Position numbers and translations under genes: made by a program
Source of the DNA: Octopus vulgaris
Taxonomy: Eukaryota
DNA length: 64,000 bases
Direction of reading: 5' to 3'
Assembly (NCBI GenBank): GCA_951406725.2
Contig: OX597814.1
Coordinates: 206,708,001-206,772,000, forward strand
In this document: positions 38,669 through 50,600 of the stretch, one piece after another
Layout: each line of letters starts with the position of its first letter
How positions within the stretch are numbered: the stretch's first letter is position 1
Notes under the pieces: model-generated
Seen by the model: only the letters and a program-made list of their open reading frames with translations
What the model was told of the DNA's origin: nothing
Database searches by the model: none

Positions 38669-41600
38669 AAATCCTTAAAAATGTTTTAGCCCGAAGGTTG
38701 CGGCCATGCTGGGGCACCACTGCTGAATGAGCTACACTAATATGTGAATCCACCTCTGATATGTGGCATTTGGTCAACAAGGGAGTTTGATGCCGCTGCC
38801 CGCATCTGTGTCTCCTGTTGTGAGGTAGGTTCATCTGGGACCCCCGACATGAAGAGATCCAGTTTAGTTTTAAAGAAACCCACATCTACACCATGCAAGT
38901 CTCTCGGGCATTTAGGAAGGATGTTAAAGAGCTGTGGTCCTCTGAAACCCAAGCTGTTGCAGTATCTGGCCCTGTATTTTGATGGTGATGTTGGAATCTT
39001 TGGTACCATGCAGTGGCGCCCCGTTCTGCGGTTGGGGTAACTTTGAATGCCAAAGTTTGGGACAAGACCCTCCAGGATTTTCCAGATGTATATCACCGCA
39101 TATCTCTCCCACCTTCGCTCTAGGGAGAAGAGGTTTAATACTTTCAGTCTTTCCCAGTAGCTGATATGTTGCATTGAGACGATCTTCTTTGTGTAGCTTC
39201 TTTGAATTGCTTCGAGTTCTGCTGTTAGTTTTATATTGTGTGGTGACCATAGTTGGGAGCAGTAGTCCAAGCGGCTGAGGGTGAAAGTTTTCCACGGGAC
39301 CATCAGTGTCTCCTCTCTTGTTCTGAAAGTTCGGAGAATCCATCCAACTAGCAGTCTGCATTTTATCACCAGATTAGTAATATGCACTTGGAAAGATGCA
39401 TCATTGCTCATGTCAATGCCCAGGTCACGCACTGATTTTGACTCAGGGATTGCAATTCTTCCTGGGCCACTGTATCCAGTCTGCATGTCATTTACCTTTG
39501 TGTGCCGGTAGCGCAGGGCCTGGAACTTACCTGCATTAAACTGCATGTTGTTGTCCTCAGCCCACCTGTATATTGTATCCAACTCCCGTTGCAGATGTGC
39601 AACATTTCCAGGGTTTTGTATTGTGTGAGAGACTTTTGTGTCATCTGCATAGCTAGCAAGGGTGGCCATCTTAGCAACTGAGAGCATGTCTGAAAGGGCC
39701 AATATGAACAGCAGTGGCCCCCAAGACAGGGCCCTGTGGAACACCGCTTGTTATTTGTGTTTCCTTGGAGGTGGTTCAATTGGTCACAACTGCCTGCCTT
39801 CTATCTTTTAGGAAGTTGTGCAGCCACTCTCCAAGTTTTCCGCCTATGCCAAGACCACGCAGTTTGTGACAAATCATACCGTGGTTGACTTTATCAAAGG
39901 CTTTTGCAAAGTCGAGATATATCACATCCACATTTGAGCCATTTAGTAGCTGTTTTAACACCCAGTTATAGTGTTGCAGGAGCTGTGTTAGGCAGCTTCT
40001 ACCTGGTAGAAATCCATGCTGGGTGCGAGTCAGCAAGTCATTTTCTTCAAGGAACATGATTAGTTTCTTGCGGACTATTCGTTCCATGACTTTGCTGATG
40101 TGTGAGGTCAGAGAGATGGGCCTATAATTTTTAGCATCTGCTCTGCTTCCTCCCTTATGGATAGGGCATATTACCCCCTCTTTCAATTTGACTGGGAGCT
40201 TACTACTTGCAAAAAAGCTCTGAAAAAGAAGCTGTAGCGGTTTTTGTAAGGGCTCGTTTGCACAATTTGAGAAGGATCGCTGGAAATCCATCAGGTCCAG
40301 CAGCTGAGTTTGTGTCAATCTCATCTATGGCAAGTGTGATATCATTATCTTCAATGTTGATGTACTCAATTTTTGCCTCTTTGGCCGCTGGTAAAGTGGC
40401 AAAGAATTCTTCTGGGTTGTTTACTTGCCTGTGTCCTAGAGGTGTAGTGAATACACTTTGGAACTGTTCGTTTAGTATTTCACTTATCCTCGTAGGATTT
40501 CCTGTGAGAGAGCCATCTTTTTGGAAGAGATATCCTATTCTCTGGTGCACTGTGGCTGTCTCTTTGGCAAATATATATATATATATGTACGGACTAATGT
40601 TAACATCCTGTCTGTATATACCATGTGTATATATAGACTAATGTAAATGCGTTGTTTGTATATACTACAGGGGTAGGACAAAATGATGGAAACACCATAA
40701 AATTTCAAATAAATTTATTTTAATATGATGTAGTACTGCTATTGGTAGTAATTTCGACTTAAATTCTATGAGGTATGGACTTGTACAAAGTTTGAATTGT
40801 TTCCAAAGGAATTTTTGTCCATTCTTCAGCTAAAACCATCTCCAATTCTTGGAGTGATGATGGTGGAAGATATTGACTCCTTAATTGTTTTTCTAAAATG
40901 CACCATAAATGTTCAATAATATTGAGATCCGGGGGACTGTGGTGGCCAGATAAGATGTTCAACTTCACTAGAATGTTCCTCGTGCCATTCAGTATCAACT
41001 TTAGCTGTGTGAATTGGTGCATTATCATCCTGAAAGATTGTGTTTCCCTCCGGAAACTGTTCCACAGCCATAGGATGAATTTGATCAGATAAAATGCTTA
41101 AATAATCTTGACTATTAATTCTGCCATGAAGGGAAACAATTGGGCTGGCGGATTTCCAAGATATAGCCCCCCCCCCCCCTCCGACCATCACAGATCCTCC
41201 TCCATGTTTAACAGCTAGAAGAAGGCAGTCGGTCAAATGCTTCTTTTGGCTGTCTCCACACGTATACTCAGCTGGTGTTTGGAAGTAGGCAAAGGATGAC
41301 TCGTCCAAGAAAATTACATTCTTCCACTGCTCTAGGGACCAATTCTGTAGGTTTTTACTCTACTCTAAATGCTTTGCAACTTTTGTTTTTTAAAGTAGTG
41401 GTTTTCTGACTGCAGCCCTTCCGTAAAATTCAGCTTTGTGCAGCTCATGGAAAAAAGTTTTTGAGGAAACTGGGTTCTCGAGGTAAGCTCTGCAGTAATT
41501 CTGGGAGCTGTACTTTTGTGATCTTTTCTAACAATTCCCGTGAGAGTCTGATGGTCCCTATCTGAAAGTTTTGGTTTCCTTCTGGAGTTTTGTTTCGACA

Positions 41601-44600
41601 AGGAGCTTTTTCCCTCTTTCTCAAAGGCTGTCATTACTTTCAAGACAATACTTCTTGATGCACCAAACATTTCGGCTGTTTTCGTTATGCTAATGCCTGC
41701 CATACGAGTACCAGTAATTTTTACCTCTTTGAAAGTCCGATAGATCTGTCATTTTAATGAATTTTAATTAACTTTTTCTGATGATAAGCAACACTAATTA
41801 TAAATAAAAAAAAACATAAAAATAAACAAGCTCTTGACAGTTTTATAGATATTTCAAAATTATGATGCTATGAAGCTAGGTGTTTCCATTATTTTGTCCA
41901 ACCCCTGTATATTCTGTATGTATAGTAAGCAGCTTGTATATAAACTGAGCGTCATATATACACTTTCTTTATACAATATGTGTTGGGGACAGAAAAAGAT
42001 TGTTTGGCTGGACCCGTTCCTTTTCTTCTTTCTCCTTTTATCTATACCCACAGTGTTGGGTACACATCTGCAGATATACTCTGTAGGACAGTATATATAG
42101 CATTGAAGTAAAGCACTGTTGACATACCAGTAATTCACTGGAATTTACTCAAAGTCAGTCCGTTTCAACAGAAATGTTCTTCTTTTGGTTTAAACAGTTT
42201 TGAAAATAATGAAGATTTAAGCTGATGTTTGGACATAACATGGAGTCTCGAAAGCAATTACAATTCCATGAATAATATTTTCTTATTCTTTAAGTAACAA
42301 TTCCTCACCAAACTACAGAATATTCGAAAGCCTGTCCATCGTAGGAGTTTATTTTATAATACAACTAGCAGAGATACCCAGCCTTGCTCAGTATTAAAAT
42401 GGCATAATTTTTTTTATTGTTTTACTTTTTTCAGTCATGTAACTCTGTCCATGCTGGAGCACCGCTTTTGGTTGAACAAATCGACCACAGGATTTATTCT
42501 TTGTAAGCCTTATTCTATCAGTATCTTTTGCTGAACCACTAAGCTATGGGAACTTAAACACAGCAACATCAATTGTCAAGCAATGGTTGGGGTACAAACA
42601 CATACAACAGGCTTCTTTCAGTTTCCATGTATGAAATCCACTTACAAGGCTTTGGTCAGCTTGGATAACTTGGATTGGTTTCAGCCATTATCAGCCCAAG
42701 CCATGACTAACTCAATAACACCACTTGGAAAAGTCTTTTAGTTAATTATTTCAAGACATCATGGACCACTCAAGCAGAGAGTTGTTGCTGGTTGAGACAT
42801 ACCCAGTTGTATTTCCTGGAGGAATTTGTCCAGGTACCGTTTGAAAGTTTTGGGCTCTTTTCCTATTTTAATTTCTTTTGGGATAACATTGAAAAGAGCA
42901 GGACCATTTGCAGTGAAGAAATTGTGTCGCAATGTTCTTATGTGATGTGATCTCAACCTTTGTAGGGGGGCCTAGTCTTGGGTGAATTATAAACATAATA
43001 CTGATATCATTTGGATCATCATCATCGTTTAACGTCCGCTTTCCATGCTAGCATGGGTTGGACGGTTCAACCGGGGATCTGGGAAGCCAGAAGGCTGCAC
43101 CAGGCTCCAGTCTTATCTGGCAATGTTTCTACAGCTCGATGCCCTTCCTAACGCCAACCACTCCGTGAGTGTAGTGGGTGCTTTTTACATGCCACCTGCA
43201 CAGGTGCCAGGCGAGGCTGGAAATGGCCATGGTCAGATTGGTGCATTTTACGTGCCACCGGCACGGAAGCCAGTCAAGGCGGCTTGGATATTGGTGTAGG
43301 GAGACCACAGTGGGCAGCAGTATTCGAGGTGGGGCCTAGAAAATGTGGAGAAGAGAAGGATGGTGATTTCATGATCCCTAGATTGAAAAGTTCTGAGGAT
43401 CCATGGGCACATTCTGTGGGCAACATCGACTTTTTTGTTGATGTGCACTCCCCAGCTAAGGTTGCTGTCAACAGCTACACCTAAGTCTCTGATATTATCT
43501 GATGGTTCAAGTAGGTCTCCCGACGGTAGTGTATATGGTTGTTTGAGTGTACCCTCTTTTCCAAAGTGGATTAGCTCAAATTTTTCTTCATTTAACTGCA
43601 TATTGTTTTTTGTGCCCACTGAGTTACTGCGCATAGGTCCGATTGAAGCATTGTTCGATCATATGCTCCCTTAATGACTTTCTGGAGCTTAGAGTCATCT
43701 GCAAATATTTTTATGGTGCTATGTTCAATGGAATCTGCAATGTCATTGATATAGACAATAAAAAGAAGTGGATCCAGCACAGTACCCTGCTGAACTCCAC
43801 TGGTGACTTTTGCTGGTCTTGAGTGGATGCCATCAACAACAACATGCTGGATCCTGTTTGTTAGGAAATACCCGATCCATTGAAGTAACTTTCCACCAAC
43901 TCCAGCGTTGGATAGTTTTTTTAACAGTATATTGTGGTTGACTCTATCAAAGGCCTTACTGAAATCAAGGTATGTGACATCAGCATTGGAGCCCTCACTT
44001 AGTGCATTTAAGATGTCATCAAAGTGGTGGAGGAGCTGTGTTAGATAGTCCCTCTCACCACAAAAGCCATAATGGTTGCAGTTTAGGAGATGATTTTGTT
44101 CTAGGAAGGTTGTTATTCTTGATCTCAGCACTCTCTCAAATATTTTGATAATATGTGGGGTGAGTGAGATTAGATGGTAGTTTACAGGGAGTCATTTATT
44201 CCCCTTTTTAAAGATAGGAATGACTGACTGGGAGAGAAGGTTTTGAGGGATAAAACCGGCATCAAGTAATTTCTTCCAGAGATTTGCAAGAGGAGCTGTA
44301 AGCTGCTATCTGCATTCCTTCAGCACTCTAGCAGGGAACCTGTCCGGACCCACTGCTGAATCAGGTTTGATGTCTTTTATTGTTGCTAGGATGTCAGTAG
44401 CATCAAAAGTTATGTCGGAAAGGACATGTTGAGGATTCAAAGAAGCAAAGCTTCTTGAGTCAACCGAATCAGGGTCACTGAAAACAGAGCAGTAATGACT
44501 TTGCAGAATCTCAGCCATGTCTTTGGCATCACTGTGAAGGATGCCATTTCCGTCAATCAGTGGGCCAATAGAGGAAACAGTGGTCCTATGTGTTTTTGCA

Positions 44601-47600
44601 AAGGAATAAAAAAAACCTTAGGATTATTCTTGATGTTTTTAATAGCTGAGGTTTCCTCTGCAGACCTTTGGTCGTTTATGAGGGTCTCATACAGTCCTGC
44701 AGTTGTTGCTTCCTTGATTCCAAGGTTGTTAACATTCTCGATTGGGGCTGCTGCTAATGGTGGGATTTTAGAGTATTGATTTTTTGGTTTATTCTTTTTA
44801 TTCTCCTGGTGAGTGCTTTTCTCTGTTTTGGAATTCTGCATCTGCTGTTATTTATGAGTTGTGGGTGTGTGTTTTGAGCATATGTGGGTGACTATGTCCT
44901 CAAATAGTGGCCATGCGTTTGTGTTTGTTGTGGTATTGAAGGAAGCAAGGTTGAAGGACCAATCCACTTGCGATAAGCCTTGTGATCACACTCCAGTTTG
45001 ATTTCTGTATATTCATATTATCAAATGGGTGCACTGGAGTTAGTGACTTATGCCAAGATTTATGAAGATTGAGGTTACAGAGTACTATGTCATGATCAGA
45101 GAGGAGGGTTCTTTCCACTATGATGTTATGAATAGTGTTAGCATGGTTGCTTAGCATTAATTCGAAGACACTTTGGTTATTTCTGGTTGGTTCATGGACA
45201 AATTGTGACAGGAAAAAAATTATCCATAAATTTGTGAAGTAATTTCACTGCTGCTTTGTCTGAGCTTGAGGTGAAGGTTCTTGATCTAACGATATTAGTG
45301 GACTAGTATACAGATGATAGGTTGAAGTTGCCCATCATCAGAATATTTCCTGGGTTACATTGCAGGAGGAAAGATTTGATCTTCTCGAGACACTTTTGGA
45401 AATAGTGTTAGGGTGTTTGTGGGGGCCTGTAGAGCCCAACCACAGACAGGTCTTTACCCTATTTGTGTACAGAGACTGATTTACAGTAGCCGTTAGAGAA
45501 AATATCCTTGGCATTTGTGCTGAAAGAATAATAGAGGAAAACAGCAATCCCACCCGTTCTTCGACTTGTCCTGTCAGTGCAAATGGCAGTGAAATCTTTG
45601 ATTTTCAATTCAGCCTCTAAATGACGGTCGTTTAGGTGGGTCTCCGTTAGGACAAAGAAAGGGTTTGGATGTGAGTGTGCTACAATCCATCCCTCAATGT
45701 AGAGTATTTTCCATTTTTGAGCCTTGATGGCTGGGTTCATACCTTGGGCATTAAGACAGCAGCTTTGTTATGTTTCTTCGGGATCTGCTCATCATGTTTG
45801 CTGTTGTTGTTGCTATTCAGTGGCCGTAGCAAGGGTGTTTTTCACTTTGGGTTGGTAGTAGAGCTTGAACACTTCTCTGAATTTCTTTCAACAGATTCAA
45901 CATGGCTAAAAAAGAAGCTTGGTTTTCTTGAGTCACTGCAGTTGTTGCACTGCTGGATGTGGTCACAAATAATTTTATTATTTCATTTGTTTTATCAGCT
46001 TAGTTTTCTTAGTTCCCCAGTTTATATGGAGGAAAGGAACCATTTTTGCCGTAGTAGATGATACGGTTATTGTGGTGATTGGACTTTGTGGAGTTGGGAT
46101 AAGGGGAAGGTTTAGTGTGGTTTCACCTGCTGGTGGGGGGGCACTCACAGTATTACCACTTTTCTTAGTGCCACTCTATTTACTAATGGAGCGTCTAGTT
46201 CCTGGTAGGTGGGTAAAAGAACAGCTTTGTTGCAAACATATTCTCTTGTGAAGAGAATAGCGGCAGCTATTGGGATTCCATTTTGTTTGTGTAAGAGGAG
46301 TGTGATGTGGTTGTCTGTTCATGGATGTTCCATAGTGGATGCATCTAGTTCCTGGGAGGTGAGTGAAAAGACAGTTTTGTCACAAACACATCGTCTCATG
46401 GAAGAAATAATGGCAGATATTTGGGTTCTGTTTTATTTGTGAGGGTGGGATATGTGGTAATTGTTTGTTTACGGAAGAATTAGAGGTGAATGGTTCTGGG
46501 AATGGTGTGGTAAGGGTTGTTTCTGGTGAGCTTGGTTGGGCTGAGATGTTAGTCATCCTATTGCTGGGTTGTAACGGTAATGGTAAAGGTTGTGGTGGTG
46601 GAGACAGTAGTAGGAGCTGATGGTGATGGCGACGACGTTGGCATCGATAATAATGGTGGTGGTGGTGGTGGTGGTAACGATGGTGATGGCAGTGATGTTG
46701 CTTGTGGTGATGATGATGGTGATGGCAGTGGTATTCGTGATGGTAGTGATGTTGCTAGTGATGGTTATTAGGAATTGTTTGTCATGGTAGTCATGGAGTG
46801 AACAGATTTTGGATTTTGGTATGTGGGCATTAGTAGGTTGAACAGTTAACAAGTCAATAGCAGTAGGTTGTTTACATTTAGTAGAATTGGTGAATATTAA
46901 GTGGAGTATTATAAGATGCTCCTTAACGAGGTGGTAGGATTTTGAAATATGCTTTAATTTAGATTCCACTTGTTTTACTGTTTGATTGTCAAAAAGTGAG
47001 ACAATTTTAGAAGCAACATAACTTGTGTGTTGGTCTTTTTTATGAATGGTCAAGCCAGATGTTGAGTAGAATACTAATTTCATTCTCTGTCCAGTGGAGC
47101 TTCTTTTGGGCCTGACTGGCCCTCGTGCTGGTGGCACATAAAAAGCACCCACTACATTCTAACAGTGTTTAGCATTAGGAAAGACATCCAGCTGTAGAAA
47201 CTTTGCCAGATCAGATTGAGGCCTGGTGTAGCCTCCTGGCTCGCAAGCCCTCAGTCAAGCCGTCCAACACATGCCAGCATGGAAGTGGACATTCAACGAT
47301 GCAAGATGAGAAAGTGAAAGATGTATGTACGTGTATATGAAATGGACATGTGTGTGTGTGTGTGTGTTAGAGAGAGAGAAAGAAAAAAGACAGAGAGACA
47401 GAGTGAGTGAGTGAAGGTGTCATGATGATTGATGTCTTTTAAGGTACACACACATACAGGAAATGTGAGGTCATCGTATAAAATTTTTACGATAGTTGAT
47501 TTAAGGAAAGGATTGTTAAATTTTTTAAATGCAAATATGTGAATGGAAATTAAGTTTAGCTTGTAGCCAGATTAGTATTGAATCTTTTGGTACCCCATAT

Positions 47601-50600
47601 GTCAAAATCTGTAACTCAGGTGGAAAAGGAGGTAAGTGTTGGAGAAGCAAATGATTATTAAAACAGGGAGAGAGAGAGAGACCAGAGTTAGGCTGGTCAA
47701 GGACAAGACATTAGGGAGAAAGATATTCTTTTGGGATTTTGGGTAATATGATTTAATGAAACAGTAAATGCTGATAATAGTGAAATAGAACTGAAAAATC
47801 TTAGAATTTTTGGTCAGCCAATCTGTGACAAAATTAGGGAACTAAGTGACGATGTGACAACATTGAATAAATGAATACGTGACGATAGTAAATGATGCTA
47901 TATGCCCCTCTATTTCGTCAAAAGCTTTGTGTAATACGTCTCTAAATCTCTGTCCATTTACAGAATCCTTAACCTTCCAGACCCTTCTCCTCCATGCTGA
48001 TCATCTTCTGGGCATCCATTTAGCCCTGATCCTGAAGTCATTAACTACCAGTCTATGTTGTGGGATACATTCTTCACCTAGGAAGGTTTTGGCATTTATA
48101 AGTTGCCATCTTTCTCGTTTCCTGGCTGGGATGTAGTCAGTTTGACTAGTGTGTCTGCCAGATCGGTAGGTGACTAGGTGGCTGGCAGGTTTCCTGAAGT
48201 TAGTATTGCAAACCATAAAACCATTTGCATCTCAGAACTCCAGCAGCCTGGTTCCCTCCTCGTTGTGGAAACCAAAACCATAGCCTCCATGTACGCCATG
48301 GAAACCCCCTGCATGTTGTCCAGCATGTCCATTGAAATCACCAGCCATAAAGGGAAGGTCCCGGTCATTTGTCAACGAGGTAGTCTGCAAGAGGGTGTCT
48401 TTCTGTTCATCAGGTAGCCCTGGCTGAGGAGCATAAGCTGAGATAATGGTTGCTAATCCATGTTGCAGCACTAATCTAATCCTAAGTATTCTATAGCAGA
48501 CTCTGACTACCTTGATTACCTTATCAACCCATTTCTCTACAAGAACTATACCCATACCCCCGAACCTGTCAGTGTTTCCAGCCCAGAAAAATCTTGTACC
48601 TGTGTGCTTTGCCTGTGAGGAACGTAGCAGAACCTCCTCTCCACCTTACTTCTTGGATGCAGCACAAATCTACATGTCTCTGCTTGAGCATCTCAACAAT
48701 CTCACCAAACCTTCCTTTCAGTGTGCCAACATTGAATGTGCCAACCCTGTGGGTATGGGAGGGGTGGCCTGAGAGACACAGGGATGGGGGACAGCAGCGT
48801 CATGTACCTGGAAAGAAAGCTTGCATTTGGCAGAACTCATGTATGTGCAATAACCTTCAACCTGCATACACCACACCATCATTTTTATGTGCTACATGAT
48901 CACTACCTTACATCGGAGATGAACACTAAGTAGGGATGGGGGAAACATTAAGCCTTAGAAGTGTTCATGGGAGAGACATTCGATAGAGGTCAGAGGATAG
49001 GGACTTCCGGTACAGTTGGTGGAGGTGGTGGGAGGGCGGGTGCAGCACGAAACAGCAAAAACTCAGGCTGCCGGTGTCAGAGAATATTATGGTAATAATG
49101 AGATAGTATTGGGCATTTGAAATTCTTAACTAGAGCTCTAACCAACAGTTTTTGGTCAGGCAATCTGTGACAAATTTAGATAGAGGAATGAATAAGTGAC
49201 GATAATAAAGGAATGTGAAAGAGAGGGAGAATGAGAGAGAATTGGATTGAGTGAAGGGATCTTGGCAAGACTTCCTTTTGTACCCCACAAAAAACTTCCC
49301 TTTATTTTCTTTTTCTACAGAAGCCCCTGTTTTGGGTACAGAGATTAGAAATCTGAAAAAAGATCAGCGAAAATAGGCATTTCAAAATATCAATAACCCC
49401 ACCACCACCATCCCTCAATTTCTTCATCTTTGACTTTTTTCAAAATTTGTTTTTTTTTTTGCAAAATATGAGGCAAAATACAGAGATTATGATTCTGAAA
49501 AAAATTCCCAATTGAAAAACGAAAATTACTCTCGCCATCTCCTTGCAGTCTAAGGCATAAACACAAAGTTTTGAAACCCTTTTCACCATTTCGCATGCGT
49601 TGACTGTGATGCTAAAAGTGAAACTTTGGAAGTGGTAATGGTTGGGTGACATGGGGAAAAGTATTTCGGAAATTTTTTTTTTAATTTTCGATTTTAAAAT
49701 GTGGACGACTCAATTTTGTTCATTTCTCTTCATGATTTCCAAATAACTTTTTAAGTACTTTTATATATTTGTTTTGCTAGATTCTTGATGTGAAATGTGT
49801 TGAAACAGATATTGTTGTATTTGGGGATGCTTATTTTGCCAGTTTAGCCAATAAAAACACACGCACTATATATTTGGTGTTAATTTACTTCAGCTTTATT
49901 TTATATTAATTGTATTTCAGCCAGAGTTCTTTTGTCACACTTCTGTGACCTCATCAGTGGTCCTTTGCTTTCTTCTTTCTTATTTGTGTGTCTCTCCTTA
50001 CTAACGGTCAGCCATTTTGTATTTTGTATTCCTATTGTATGTGTCTTTATTTGCGCATGCGTATACCCCTATGTGTGTCTATGTTCAGTAAGTGTATGTG
50101 GGGGTGGGGGAGAAAGTGCCTGTATTATCCGTATCCCCTGTTTATACACGTTCATTTAATTTGTTTTTATTTTTTTGTGTTCATGTGTTTATACCTACTT
50201 TTTTTCCATTCTTTTTTTGTGTATAATTTAATTCAAATTATTTTGTTAATGTATATAGTTAATTTCATTTGTTTATCTGTGTATTGTATTATATTTTTAG
50301 TTCATATTTATAACTGTTTATGCGGATCTTATTCTGTCATATGTTGTATTGTGTTGGGGGTGTGTGCTAGAACTTCTATGTTGTTGAGTGAGCCCCCATG
50401 TTCCTGCTCAGCATGCTGGCAGCTCTTTTCTTCCTTAAGTTCTCTCCAATGTTTATTTATTCGCTCTCCTATGCTTCATGCCGTTTCCCCTACGTATGTC
50501 GTTGTCTTGTTACTGCATCGTCCCTCTGTACATCTTATACTATAGACTACATTTCTGGCTTTACAATTTGTTTGTGGGCTAAATCTACAAACAGTACAGT

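Noticed and set aside
46553-47152. 199-aa minus-strand ORF
   Set aside because: A chimera of an RTE-tail repeat, a low-complexity (ACC/ATC)n tract and probable LINE 5' sequence, with no recognisable domain.
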